A stretch of 64,000 nt of DNA from Octopus bimaculoides (taxonomy: Eukaryota). The DNA lies in NCBI RefSeq assembly GCF_001194135.2, contig NC_068983.1, forward strand, positions 37,089,425 to 37,153,424, in the 5' to 3' direction. The position numbers and the translations under genes were made by a program. Under the pieces are notes generated by a model that was not told the DNA's origin, ran no database searches, and saw only the letters and a list, made by a program, of their open reading frames with translations. How positions within the stretch are numbered: position 1 is the stretch's first letter; every line of letters starts with the position of its first letter. This document shows, one piece after another, positions 27,201-40,902 of this stretch.

Positions 27201-28244
27201 AGTTAAAAGTATAGAAGATGGTAATCTTAATTGCTCTTTCACCTGAGTACAGAATGTCAAAATTTATGAGTGATAGCAAAGAGGACATCAATTAGCAGTC
27301 TCTATATGTGATGCATTGTTTTTGGTTTGTTAACCTTACGTTGTACGAGTTTGGTGCAAAAATAATTACAGTTTTTAATCAACATGTGTAGCATCCATTT
27401 GTTGAACATTTTTTTTTGATCTTCCAGTGTAGTGCAAATGTTGATCAACTGTTGAATGGTCAACATTCTGCAACCTCTCAACTTTTGCAAGGATCTACTT
27501 CAATAATGACCCTCAACTGGTCACTGTCAATTGCAGAAGGTCACCTGAAACCTTCATCTTTCAAGGTTCTCATCTCCACTAAGAAATTTTTTTAATCAAT
27601 GTTACATAGTATATTTGTTGAGAATCCCCTGGTTGATATAAGCAGTCTATTTTGAACTCCTACAAAAATCTTTCAAATTAGCACTATCACCCACCATCTT
27701 TCAATTAAACAAGTATAAAAAGTGAAGGCAAAACTATTGGCATAAATTAATAGACTCAAATTTGCATCCCCAAATGGTTTATTACATGAATATAGTTCAA
27801 TAAAAGTTTATTTCAAAATAAGCATCAAAATTTAAAATATCAAAATCTGCAATTTTTTGCATCAATCCAACAATATTTGTGAAAATACTAGACTTTAATT
27901 TAGACTGATATAGTGAATAATATGCACTTGAGTTTTGTGTGAAACAAGTTTTGAGTTAAATCACAGCCATAGTACATGTATATAAACTTGACACATATGG
28001 TACCTGGATGATGAACAGAGAAAGATCCATTCAAAATGGTCTGGTTCTATTATTTTAAAGAATAGCACCTTTTACACCTTATATACCAACCCATCTGAGA
28101 TTGCCTCTGTTCTTTGATGCAAAAACCACCTATTTAAATTATTCATGTTTATATTCAAACCTTACCTCATGGTTTTATGTAAGAATCTTTTGTTATCTAC
28201 ACACATATTTTACTAAACCCCTAAACAAATTTTATCAATTTTTT

Positions 28245-28472
28245 CTTTTATTCTTTTACTTGTTTCAGTCATTTGACTGCAGCCATGCTGCAGCACTGCC
28301 TTTAGTTGAACAAATTGATCTCAAAACTTATTCTTTGTAAGTCTAGTACTTATTCTATCAGTCTCTTTTGCTGAACCGCCAAGTCATGGGGACGTAAACA
28401 CATCAGCATCAGTTGTCAAGCGATAGTGGAGGAAAACACAGACACAAACATACACACACACACACATACATA

Positions 28473-28515
<43 letters not shown>

Positions 28516-28672
28516 GACAGGCTTCTTTTAGTTTCCATCTACCAAATCCACTCACAAGGCTTTGGTCAGCCCAAGGCTATAGTAGAAGACATTTGCCCAA
28601 GGTGCCATGTAGTGGGACTGATCCCAGAACCATGTGGCTGGTAAGCAAGCTACTTACCACACAGTCACTCCT
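28245..28672 (-). mobile_element. SINE family A
   Basis: Same consensus, more CpG decay. Confidence 0.9.
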
Positions 28673-29780
28673 GTGTGTAAAGAAATTAAATAAAACAAAT
28701 AGTGGGTTTTGTCACAGGAAAGATTAAAGCATGTTAGAAACATCTTTCAAGGGTACTGCATAACTAACAAAGTATGTTAACACAATACTGAGTTCAAGTT
28801 CCTATGCAGACATGAACAAGACAATAAGAAATCCTTCCTCAGGAAATCTACAGTCACTAGTTGCCTTTAACTCATTAGTTGACATTATTAACCCATTCAT
28901 GGAAATATCTTAAAGTTAAACAAGTAGTTATTTTTTTGTGTAATACACTACCTGTTTGTTTCAATTAATCTCATCAACATTCAAGTATTTGGCATTATTT
29001 AGTGAGTTAACTATATTAAGATGCATAAAGGTGGTGAGCTGGCTGAATTGTCAGAAAGTCAGACAATATGCTATGAAATATTTATTCCAGCTCTTTATGT
29101 TCTGAGTTCAAATCCCAGAGGTTAAACTTTGCTTTCATTCTTTAATGATTTATAAAGTACCAGTTAAGTACTGGGGTTGGAGGTATCAACTTAAGTACTG
29201 GGATTGATTTGTTGGACATAAAACAAAACAAAACAAAGATACAGAGATAAAATGTTGGCACAAAACCAATTATTTCATCCATCTACTCATAAACTTCTTA
29301 AGAGAGCTTTGCTTACACGTGGAGATGTTTTAGTATTTCAAGTACATACCACTTCCCACACATATTCAATCTGTAGGTGAAGTTGTTATATCACAGAGTG
29401 AATTAATTAGCCATTTTACATTTTCTAAGCCAGAAACTTTAACGATAATATTATTCCTGACAAAAACAAATAAGCAGCTGTAAAAGTTAATTACAATTTA
29501 ATTTTGTTTTTAATTTGTAAATTTTAACTTTCTATTGTTTGATATGTACATCATCATCATCTTGAGTATGTGTATCCCAGTTTTAGAATCACATCCCTGC
29601 CTGTCAGAAGAGGCTAAAAGGGTTGGCATAGAGAGAGCATCTGTTCTTAAAACACTACCAAAGAAAACTCATTCAACCTATGTCAACATAGAAAAGAACA
29701 CAAAATGATGGCACTTTAGAGTAACTAACAATTCAGGTATACTAATGGGTATACACAAGTTCCACAGGCACTCATGTATT

Positions 29781-29993
29781 CTTTTCTACTCTAAGCACAA
29801 GGCCTGAAATTTTTGGGGAGGGGGTTAGTCAATTTGATTGACCCCAGTATGCAACTGGTACTTAATTTATCAACCCCAAAAGGATGAAAGGCAAAGTTGA
29901 CCTTGGCAGAATTTGAACTCAGAACGTAAAGGCAGACAAAATACCGCTAAGCATTTTGCCCAGCATGCTAACGTTTCTGCCAGCTCACCGCCT
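29781..29993 (-). mobile_element. SINE family B (tRNA-derived, ~210 bp); other intragenic copies near 8110, 18900, 29030, 32570, 45680, 45980
   Basis: Head ggcggtgagctggcagaaacgttagc with box A- and box B-like (gagttcaaattc) motifs; tail aaatttcaggccttgtgc. Confidence 0.85.
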
Positions 29994-31459
29994 AGACAGG
30001 AACTCATGTATGCTGATGATCTAAGCCTCATAACTGAATAGGAATTCCAAACAAGGAAGCAGCATCTGGAGACAAGAGGCCTCTCAAAGTAAATCTATCA
30101 AAGGCAAAAGTTTTAATTAGCAAGAAAAATCACAAGGCTACTGTCATCATGGAGGTAGCCATGTTCAATTTGCAGAAAAGGAGTAGGTAGGAACTCTGTA
30201 TGAAATGTAAACTGGGTGCACAAGAGATGCAATGGAATTACATTAAGCTGACAAAAGAAAAAAGACTTTATATGTAGCAATTGCAGAAGTATAGCAGTAA
30301 AAGGAACATAAAAAAAAAAATCAGATGTAGCATAAAAGAGAGGAAATGACACTCATGCAAACATGTGATGTATGTATAGAAGATGACAGCTAAATAAACA
30401 AGTGCCTAGCAAACGAAATGAAAAGAAGCAGTGGAAAAGGAAGGCGAAAGAAGATGAGGAAAGAAGTGCTGAAAGCTGACCTCAAAGAAGAGATGATAAA
30501 AGACCACAACAAATGGTATGACAATTGGCTCAAGAAAACCTGGCAACCTATGCGATCATGGAAATGACATAAAATTGACAATTATGGAAATAGTGATTAT
30601 ATGTACACATACACGCACACATATGCACTTGTATGCATGCACACACACAAACACACATCACCTCTAAAAGAAATACTGTTACCTTCTTTTTTTATGACTT
30701 CGGGGAGAAGGCAGCACCCATGACTTTGGTGGGAGGAAATTATTCAAAAACTGGAAACATGGTCCAAATATTTGCAATGCAGTGCACTTTACTAAAGGCA
30801 TCCTAAGGCCAGGTGGTGGTAGTGGTAAACAAACTGGTTAAATCTATTTTAATTAACTAAATAAAATTAAGCTTACATTAACCAATTTAATCCAGTTTTG
30901 TGACAAACACAATGACATGAGAAGGAAAAAAAAGACAAAAGAAGTTATTTCTGATCTATATATTCATTATTCTCTTAGCTCCCTAATCTTAATAAGAACT
31001 TGAAATTTTGTGGAACAAAAGCAAAATAGTTAAAAATAGACGAAAAAGTTATTTATTTTGTTTCTCATTATATAAAATACAGGTTTAGGAAAGCGGACAG
31101 AAAACATTTGTCTAGATTCAATAGACAAAAGAAAATATTTCACACTAAGTTTATAAATTATTTATTTTTAACTTTCAGCCTGGGAACCTTGTTCTGATAA
31201 CAGGTTTCTTATTATTGTCTTTTCTGTTTTATTTGGTTACCCGAACATGTGAAACAGTGAGCAATGATTGGTAAAGTTTTTCAATTTCCCCCACTCACCC
31301 TCCAACTCTGATGCTTTACTAATCAAAGCAACACCAAACAATAGTCACAAGAAACAAAATTCAGCTTCGATATATGATATACTCTATATCATGTATTGAG
31401 TACTCCTCATTCATTTATAAACTTTAACATTTGAATGTGTGCATGTGTGCATGCACACA

Positions 31460-31990
31460 TGCATTTGGCATGTCTGTATGGTTAAGAAGCTCACATTGCA
31501 ACAAGATTTTGGGTTCATTCCCAGTGTGACACCTTGTGTAAGTGTCTTCTATTGTAGTTCCTCCACTGACCAATGCCTTGAGAATGAATTTGGTAATGCA
31601 TTTGTAAGAAAACCTATCACATGTGTGTGTGTGCGCACACGCGCATACATGTTCAACATGTAGCACTGTTAATTCAGACACTTTTTTTTCTCTTGAGTGT
31701 AGGGTTGAAATGTCAAAAAGTGTTCTTCCATTTTCCCAGTGTCAAACTAATACCCCTCCCCACCAATTTGTTGTTCTTTTACTTGTCTTTTCTGTTTGTA
31801 TATTTTAAAACCATAAACAGTTTGTATGAGTGTATCTTTGTGTATGTAAGTCTCCCACCCACTGTTTGACAGCCAGTGTTGGTTTGTTTACATCCCTGTA
31901 ACTTAGCAGTTTTGGCAAAAGAGACAGAATAGGCACCAGACCCTTTAAGGTGGTACTCCAGTTCTTCACTGTTTGAAGCACTGGAGCCAT
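31460..31990 (+). mobile_element. SINE family A, degenerate and interrupted
   Basis: Head (tgtatggttaagaagc) and tail (gtttacatccctgtaacttagc) recognisable. Confidence 0.7.
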
Positions 31991-32724
31991 GGATATGAAT
32001 CTAAGATCTCAGATTTATCTAATCACAAATTATCCTTAGAGAGACGGTACCCAAAATTGATAGAAATAATTATAATAACAGAGGTTTTAGACAGGAAAAC
32101 GAGAACCTAAATATAGCTATACACTGTTAAAAGTTAATATTCTTGTGCTTAGTTATAACATATGTGGTTTTATCTTGGCATAAAATAACCATGTTTGTCT
32201 GGATACATTTTGGCACTAAATCAAATATACAATTTATTTCAAACTGACTGACTTTCTTCAACACATTTTTCTATTTAGAAAAAGTAAAAATTTTCAATTC
32301 TTTCGCATGAAAGATTTGAAATTGCTGAAAGTTTCCAACTGTACAAATAACATTCTTGGCACAAGTAAAAATCAAGATAATAAACTTCATACATGTTGAG
32401 TCAATGTCGTAACTTTTATAAGAGAAAATTATCATACTTGTTCCTCCTTACAAAACAGTGATTGGTATCAAGAGTGATATTAAAAAAAACAATAACCAAA
32501 TTTAAACCAAATGAAAAACCACAAAATTATGTATTTAAGACAGAAGATAAAATCATTTCTACATACTGCGTTCAAATTTTGGCACAAGATCAGTAATTTC
32601 AGGGGGTGGGAGTAAGTTGATTACAACAACCCCAGTACTCAGCTGGTACTTGGTAGGATCAACAAAAGAAATATTCCATCCAGTGAGCGATAAATATCAT
32701 CAAAATCCTGTGTATATCAAATGA

Positions 32725-32760
<36 letters not shown>

Positions 32761-33952
32761 NNNNNNNNNNNNNNNNNNNNNNNNNNNNNNNNNNNNNNNN
32801 NNNNNNNNNNNNNNNNNNNNNNNNNNNNNNNNNNNNNNNNNNNNNNNNNNNNNNNNNNNNNNNNNNCACATACGGGCACTGCTGTCCAGTCTCCTCCTTA
32901 ACAGCCTTACCACTCATCCTACACCCACTGTGGCTTCCCCTTGATTCCATTCTATTTTCTTGCTACCTAGAGCCATTTAACTGTTAGCCATTCTTCATTC
33001 ATTAATTATTGTTCTCTTCACTCACACAATACAGTGTTCTCCCACCACTGAACCATCAAATTATTTCCCCTCGTGCACTATGCTAATTTCTGCCCACTTC
33101 TTTTCAACACATTTATCAAAGCCATAAATAGCAAAATTTCAGCACCGAAATAGCAGCAGATTGCAAATTCTACATTAAATGTCCAGATTTGGAAACTAGA
33201 CAAGCTTTCAAAGCAAAAAATATTCACATTAAAAGCTAAAAATACAATTTTAATTTGTGAAAGAAAAAAAACCCAATAAAATACTATATGAAGTTAAACG
33301 GTTTTCAAATGAGCATGTTTTCAACATCAAAGTAAGAGTATAATTAATCGATTTCCCAAACTGCCATACCCATGTTCACACTAATTAATAAACCGTTCAT
33401 TTAAATTAATCAAACTGTACTTTGGCTGTTGCATATTATTTTACAGGTTTCAAGGAACCTAATATGCAAATAAGAATGAATGCTACTTGAAGGGATGCAA
33501 TAATAAGCAAAGTAGCCAATTATTGATTAACTGACCTAGCCTTATAGGCCAATACCAGGCGATCAGTTGCTGATTATTTATAATGTAAATATGGATTGTG
33601 TATTGTAATTAATCGTCATCACCATTTAATGTCAGTTTTAGGACGTTTTACAGATGACAGGTCAGAGGACTGTGCCAAGCTCCAGTGTCTGCTTTGGTAT
33701 AGCAACCTTGGTCGGTTGACCCTTCCTAACACCAAGTAGTTTACAGTGTGTACTTTTTAGATGGTACCAGTACCAGTGAGGTCATCGAGTAACTTGCAAG
33801 AAGATCTCTCAACTGAGGTGGTAGGAGTAGTATTGAGGGAGATGGCTTTGTACCAGGCGATGAGAGGTTAAAATCTGACAAAGGGACAGAAATAGGGTAC
33901 CTTGCTCTAGAGGAGATACATAGCTTCCTCAGTAGGAAAAGAGAGAAGATAC

Positions 33953-33987
<35 letters not shown>

Positions 33988-36900
33988 TTGAAATGAGTTT
34001 CCAATTTGCAATTACTTTCAAACAAATTTTATAATCACAATATAGACTTGTGACAGTATAGGGTATTCACTTAATTCCTATATTTGGTTACAAAATTTTC
34101 ATTTTTCTTAAAGAGGGTTAAGGTAACAGAAACCATTATTAATGGAATATTTCTGAATACCTTTAAATAAATATGTAACTGGAATCTTTATAATATTCAA
34201 ATCAATTCCTTTTTAAAAGATCAGTTAAGCACACACTGACATCCCAAGCAATTTCCCGTTGTGTAGATCAGTGCATTCAAGGACTGGGAATGAGATTAAA
34301 TTACACTGATTAGATTATATTTCCTCGGAAATAGGTTTCAATTTATTATATATATTATTGAATCCAATGTCTATAGAATTTCTCTATAACCCATGGTTTT
34401 CTTGCTCCAGCATATACATGCCTATCAATAAGAACAGCTAAATACATAATCTGATTTATACCAAAAGGCTGAAACCAATCATTCGGCAAAATGGCTAATT
34501 AGTTGGTGTAACCATAGCTGCTTTATTACTTAAAATCCTACCTCTATACATAGTGGAAATGCTCAAGAAGAGATGACATTAGACCACCAGATTATATCAT
34601 TAGCCATTTCTTTATATCTTTCGAGAAAGTATATTCTACTTTGCTTCAATTTTGTTCTCTTTTTTTTATATCTCTTCTTTCTTGTAAAGCAATGTACAGA
34701 AAATGCTAATGTGAAATTAATGGACGTGGTGCAGAGGGGTGGGGAGTCTTTCAATGTGCTTGTTTTGAACGTATATCTGAACATGTGCTAACATCAACCA
34801 TTAAGTGGTTGTGTATCAATCTTATTTTTTTCAGCTTTGGATACTCAGTTTCACATTAACCAAGGAATAAATACTAAACTATTCATCCAAATAAATTAAT
34901 GTAGTCAGACTATGCTCAAGTATTGCACTGTATTCTACATGTCTCAGTGAAGCTGAAGTGAAAATAATCATTACTGATGCTTCACTGAGCAGCTGGCATT
35001 AACTAAGATCTTTCATCCATAAATAACCAATATAAACACACATAGACACACACACCATTTGGCTGACATTAACTAAGATCCTTGAGCTATAAATAACCAG
35101 CATAAACAGGGAACAAGCACAACGGTCAAATGAACATGACATCAGTTCATTAGTTTATATATATATACCATTAGACAATTTTATATCTGTGAAATTTTTT
35201 TTAAAAATAAAATAAAAGTTAATGCTTTCTTGACTTCAATTTAATAGTTAAGTAGACAGGCTCCAACTAATAACTTACAAATTAACATTATGAATCCTAT
35301 GAACTATTAAAGATCTGTAGCACAATATTTAAGTTAAATTAATCGAATAAAGGAGCTTCTAAATAGTTGCTCTAACAGTATTCATTATAGTAGTGAAATA
35401 TCTTTTAAACTCAAAACTCAGGCATAACTGCGAGGCTAAGAAGTTTAATTCCCAATCACATGGTTTCATGTTCAATCCCACTGCAAGGCACCTTGGGAAG
35501 TGTCTACTTCCATAGCTCTGGGCTGACTAAAACCTTGTAAGTTTGGTAGAGGAAAACAAAGAGGCCCATTGCATATATATGTATATATGTGTGCTTGGTG
35601 TGTGTTAGTGTCACTTTGCATCAGTATCAGACAAGCGAGAGTTGATGACATGAAGGACATCCGTCCATAGAAAATAGGCATCAACAAATTCTTGTCCAAT
35701 CCATGCATAGACAGGTGGATGTCAAAATGATGACGACGACTATATTTCTGCACATCGTAGAAGAAAAATAATTAAAAAGGTGTTTAAAAGATTTCATTAT
35801 GCAAATATCCATAAACAGTAGAAAAATTATCAATTTATTATTTTAAATCATTCATTTAGACAAGTCATCCCTTATTTCTTACCAACAACAGCATTAATTA
35901 GAAAAAAGAAAACAAAGCAGCAAAAGTAAAGATATGTTTAAAAGCATTAGGTAACCATATGTAAATATCTAAACTGCAAGCAGGTGAGAGGAACCTTAAT
36001 TACTTGGCTTCACAGAAGCAGGCAGAGAATCTAATCTACTTCAAGTCACAGCCTACCAATAACGGACAAGATAAAAAAAAAAAAATGTTGTTCTAGACAT
36101 GCTAGGCTGAAAAAAAAAACCCATAGATTTGTTCTGTCAAGATCAATCAAGAAACGTTTGAAGTTCAACAACATAACATCCCACAGTATAAATTTACAAT
36201 TCAGCATCATTAAAATTACATGACAAACAGAATATGTTCAACCACAGTTCAGAACTGACTGAACACACCTATGATCAAATGTCTCCCAGCCATTACCAAC
36301 CCTTCTTGTATTCAAGAATAGTGTAACTAAGACTACATTATTGAATATGTTCTTTTATTGTTGGGACAGTAGAATGTGATTTGTGGAAAGGGAGGGGGAT
36401 TTGTTATTTTTAACAAGCCTAGCAACCACACAGATGCTTCATGTCGCTTGCTATTATTAATTGTCATGAACAGAAGTATATATTGTAAATAAGAGACACC
36501 AATTAGCTACCATCATTGCATAAAAGAGTTTCTAAAATGCATCAAGGCAAAATGGTTCTCTATAATTTTAACTGTTAACAAACAGACTAAGACTTCATCC
36601 TTAGAGCAAATATTTAAAATATTCTCCCTATAGCCAACAATGGTTGCTAATTAAAATTATTATTTTTATCTTCTAGTCAGGATGGAAGGTATTCAATCAG
36701 CAAAAGTTTGATGAAATTTTAAATACCAGCCAGCACAAACTTTACAATAAAATATCAGTAAAGTATTTGATGGCATATAAGAAGCAGTTTTGTTTCAGAA
36801 AAAAAAAAAAAGTTTCAAAAATTCACACTGGGTCCTATAAGTTGGGATTCCCATAAGCTAAATTTGTCATAGACACTCATTTTTTCTTGAAAACTCACTG

Positions 36901-37670
36901 CTAAAATGGAGTGGGGTGGGTCTAATATGCCTGTTCGTCTTTTATCCCATCAAATACTATATATTTTGTTATAGAAAACACTGTATTGCCCCTGGCCTCA
37001 CCCCACAACATTGTATCTCAAAATCTCTATGCATCCGACATTCATAAATTTAGGGTTTAACATTATCTGTTCAGCAAAGAGTCCAAGACACAAAAATTGT
37101 GGGCTCATATGTTGACCAAAACAGTGCCAAATATGTAGGCAGTCATCATGAAAACACTTGACAAAAAACATTACATTCCAGAAACTAAGTTGTAGTTTTG
37201 GGATTTTTTCATTGAGAAAAAGAAAATGGAATACATCAACAACATTTTAGGGTTCATTTTTCCATGCTTGCATGAGTTGGATGGAGTTAACTGAGGTAGA
37301 TTTCCAATGACCAGATACACTTCCTATTGCTTACCTTGCCTATTTCCAGCAAGGTGGTATTTCCCCAAAGCCAGACATGATCTTGCAGAATATTGGAAAT
37401 TAATGACACTGCTTCTATGATGATGACAAAACAAAGAAACACACACACACACACATGCAAATATATGTATAAGACTGGCTTATTTCTATTTCTGTCCACT
37501 AAATCCTTTCTCAAACCTTTGTCAGCCTGGAGTTAGAGTAGAAGACACAAGTCTAAAAGACTACAGAGCAGTACTGAACCCAGGAACATGTAGCTGTGAA
37601 ACAAACTTATAATCACACAGCCACACCTGTATTTAATCCAACAGTGTTTTTACATCTGAAATGTAATTAA

Positions 37671-37893
37671 TCCTTTCGATACCAACCCGGCTGAAACCAC
37701 CTCTGGCTCTGTAGTACAAATGTCTTGTTTTCTTAAGTTCTGAATTAAAATCTTTCACTAAACCTTAGTCACAATTTATGTTTCTAACACCAGCTTAATG
37801 ATAACTAAGTCATTTTACTAAATTATTTGCTATATCTAAAATTAACTGAAAGAAACACAAAGCATCTCAAAAATAAATATGGTAACAAAAGGG
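37671..37893. mobile_element. piggyBac-type MITE, same family and orientation as 2676-2887
   Basis: TTAA flanks, ends TCCTTT...AAAGGG, shared internal sequence (agtacaaatgtctt...cacaatttatgtt...gcatctcaaaa). Confidence 0.8.
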
Positions 37894-38808
37894 TTAAACC
37901 AGTTTCCAGTCTCATATCACCTACTTTATTTACTGAGAGTACAACCAACTCAAATGAGAGCTAAGAATTAAAATTTCTGGTATATGGAAGCAAGATTTTT
38001 GGCCAGGTCTCAAGAGCACTGGCAACATAAACTAACTGCCGAGATGGCTACATCTGGGAATTAAAGCAAGGTTACAAAATTTGTTTGCTGAGAGCAAACA
38101 TTTAAATGTTTCAGTTTTTGACAGTTCATGAATACTAATATTTTCTTTACAAAGTTAATTTTTGTAATTAAGACAAAGATGGTTTTATATAACATTAGTG
38201 CCATCAATGCTAGTTGGTTGAAAAAGAAAAAAATTGGAAGATTTTAACTTAGAAATAAGAGAAATGAAACTAAATATCATAGTGCATTTTAGTAAATTAC
38301 CTATGCAAATAGCTTTACCATCTTTCTCTTAATCTCTCAGTTCTAAATCTTGCTATGACCAGATTCCATTCATCCTTCCAAGGTTGATTTAAGAAAAAAA
38401 AAAAAGCAATAATATTACTTGACCAGAGGGAAAAAAAAAAAGCCTTTTTTTAAGACTTCTTAAATGTAATTTCAAGAAGCTTACTATCACCTTAGGTTAT
38501 TTACTATTTATTTATGACTACCTCTAACGTTTAATCAGGTTTGATACAGAAATAGATAAATGTTTTATACACTACAATTTATGTTTGTTTTCCCAAGCTG
38601 ACATGGGTTGGAAACGTACCACTAATATATTTTTGTATAGCATTCATTTCAAATTTCACATGCATGCATACACACACATGGTATTACTTTCATTTGGTTA
38701 TAACTGAATAACTGTGAGGAGGTCGTGTCTTCATGTATCATCCACATGTTATTGAAATGATTGTAAACATGGAATAAATGAAACAACCAATAACTCCATT
38801 CTTCACTT

Positions 38809-38864
<56 letters not shown>

Positions 38865-40542
38865 TTACATGCACATGAGAGGGAGTGTGTGTTTGTGTCT
38901 CCTTGTCTGGATATTGAGATAGTTGGAAACAAAGAATGACTATCATATAAGTAGTGTCTTTCATTTTCAATCTTCCATGAAAACACTTTGCTTATAAACA
39001 GGTGTGGGTGACAGGAAAGGTATCCTGCTGAAGAAAGTCTGCTTCACTGGAATACAGCTGCACAGAAAAGTGGATGTTAAAAATAATGAGGATATATATA
39101 TTGTTATCATTTTAACTGCCACTTTTCCATGCTTGCAGATTTTCTACAGGCAGTTGCCCCTTCTGTTACTTAACTGTACCTGTTTCCAAACAAGGTAATA
39201 CTACCCCATGGTTAGACAAGTTTTTTTTTTAATTTTATAAAAGACTGGAAACAAACAACATCACTTGTACGATGGCAATGCTCATTCACAACAATCATGT
39301 GATGTCAAATCAAAGGTATATACACACACAAACACTTACATAAATACACAGCTGTTACCAGTAATTCATGTGTCTGAGTATTACATACATACATACACAA
39401 TCATTTGTTTGTTTTATGCCAGTCTTCCAGTACTGACATAGTTTGGTCAGGTACTTATTTCAGCCAATATTTTTTTTATGGTCAGACAGTTTTCCAAGTA
39501 AAGCATATTTTAATTCCACTATTTCAAGCACAAACCTATGGAACTAAATATTCCCCAGGAATGTAAACACAAACGCACCATTTTTTCCTTATATTCACTG
39601 AGATGATCTTGTGTGAGAAGCAGAAAAATGACAACTTCATGCACATACCCTTTGTGATTACTCGCACACATACAGTTTCCAGACAGTTTCTTTTCACAAA
39701 CTTCACTCACAAAGCATTGATTTTTCATACAAGGCAATAGAAAACTTCTGCTTGGGGTGCCACAGTGCCACACAGTGGGGATGAACACAAGAGTATGTAT
39801 TTGCCAAACAAATGTCTTAAACACACAGCCATGCCTGCACCCACTGAAGTTAGGACTATGTGGTTATTAAAAGAACTTCATAAGCATTTATTTGAGTAGG
39901 CACAAAGTTATCTTTTGTAATCAAGACAGAGATAGTGCCATTAATGCTAGTCATTAAATACAACTGTCTGATGAATGGTCATGTGAAACTCTTAGTTACT
40001 GCTTGTGAAGATTTTTGCAGCTTTAATAAAATAGTATATTACTCTATCTTTGATTTTTTAGTACTAGTACTATTTTTTCCACCTTGTTTAGCACCAATTT
40101 GCTTGCTTGCTTGCTTGCGTACACACACGCGCGCTTCCATCTATCAATTTTACTCATAAGCAGTTGGTTGGCCTGAGATTATAGTAGAAGACATGCCCAA
40201 GGTGTCAGGCAGCTGGACTGAACCTCAGGCCATGTAGTTACAAACTGAACTTATTAACAAAGTTATGCCTGCACCCATTATATAATACCGAAATATTTTT
40301 AGAGTAGGTGAAATTAAAATTCGCATAATGCATTCCTTCAACCTATATATGATAGATGAGGTTCAAAGGTCACATTTTTTTTTTTAACCAAATTAAAACA
40401 AGCTGATGCTTTCCAGAGAAACAGCTTATATTATCATGTTAGTCAACAGGACAAAGTGTTTTGTCAATTTGAAACAAAACATATTGAAACTAATATAGGA
40501 CAAATCACAACAACACCAAACTTCCTTTAATTTGTCTAAGAC

Positions 40543-40902
40543 TTATCTTTTACTTGTTTCAGTCATAGGACTGTGGCCAAGCTGGGGCACTACCTTGAAG
40601 TGTTTAGTTGAATAAATCGACCTTAAAGTTACGGGAACATAAACAAACCAACACCAGTTGTCAAAGAGGTGTGAGAAAGACAAACACAAAGACATATGTG
40701 CAGACACACACACGTGTGTGTGTGTGTGTGTGTGTGCATATGTACACACACACACACACACGAAGAGCTTCTAGAGTTTCTGTCAACCAAATTCACTAAC
40801 AAAGCATTGGTCAGTTCAGAGCTATAATAGAAGACACTTGCCCAAGGTGCAGTGGAACTGAATCCAAAACTACATGGTTACAAAGCAAGCTTCTTAACCA
40901 CA
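40543..40902 (-). mobile_element. SINE family A, CpG-decayed
   Basis: cttttacttgtttcagtc...gacacttgcccaagg...cttcttaaccac. More remnants near 1880, 3240, 7600-8110, 10170-10720, 21490, 35420, 37440, 39700, 43670. Confidence 0.8.

Noticed and set aside
30683-30750. Possible 68-nt 5' UTR exon (AAG|gtaaca donor)
   Set aside because: Poor polypyrimidine tract; such splice-like pairs arise by chance in long introns.
40711-40716. CACGTG E-box
   Set aside because: Created by a CA/TG microsatellite junction inside a SINE; those at 44746, 54828 and 58015 are also within repeat-like sequence.
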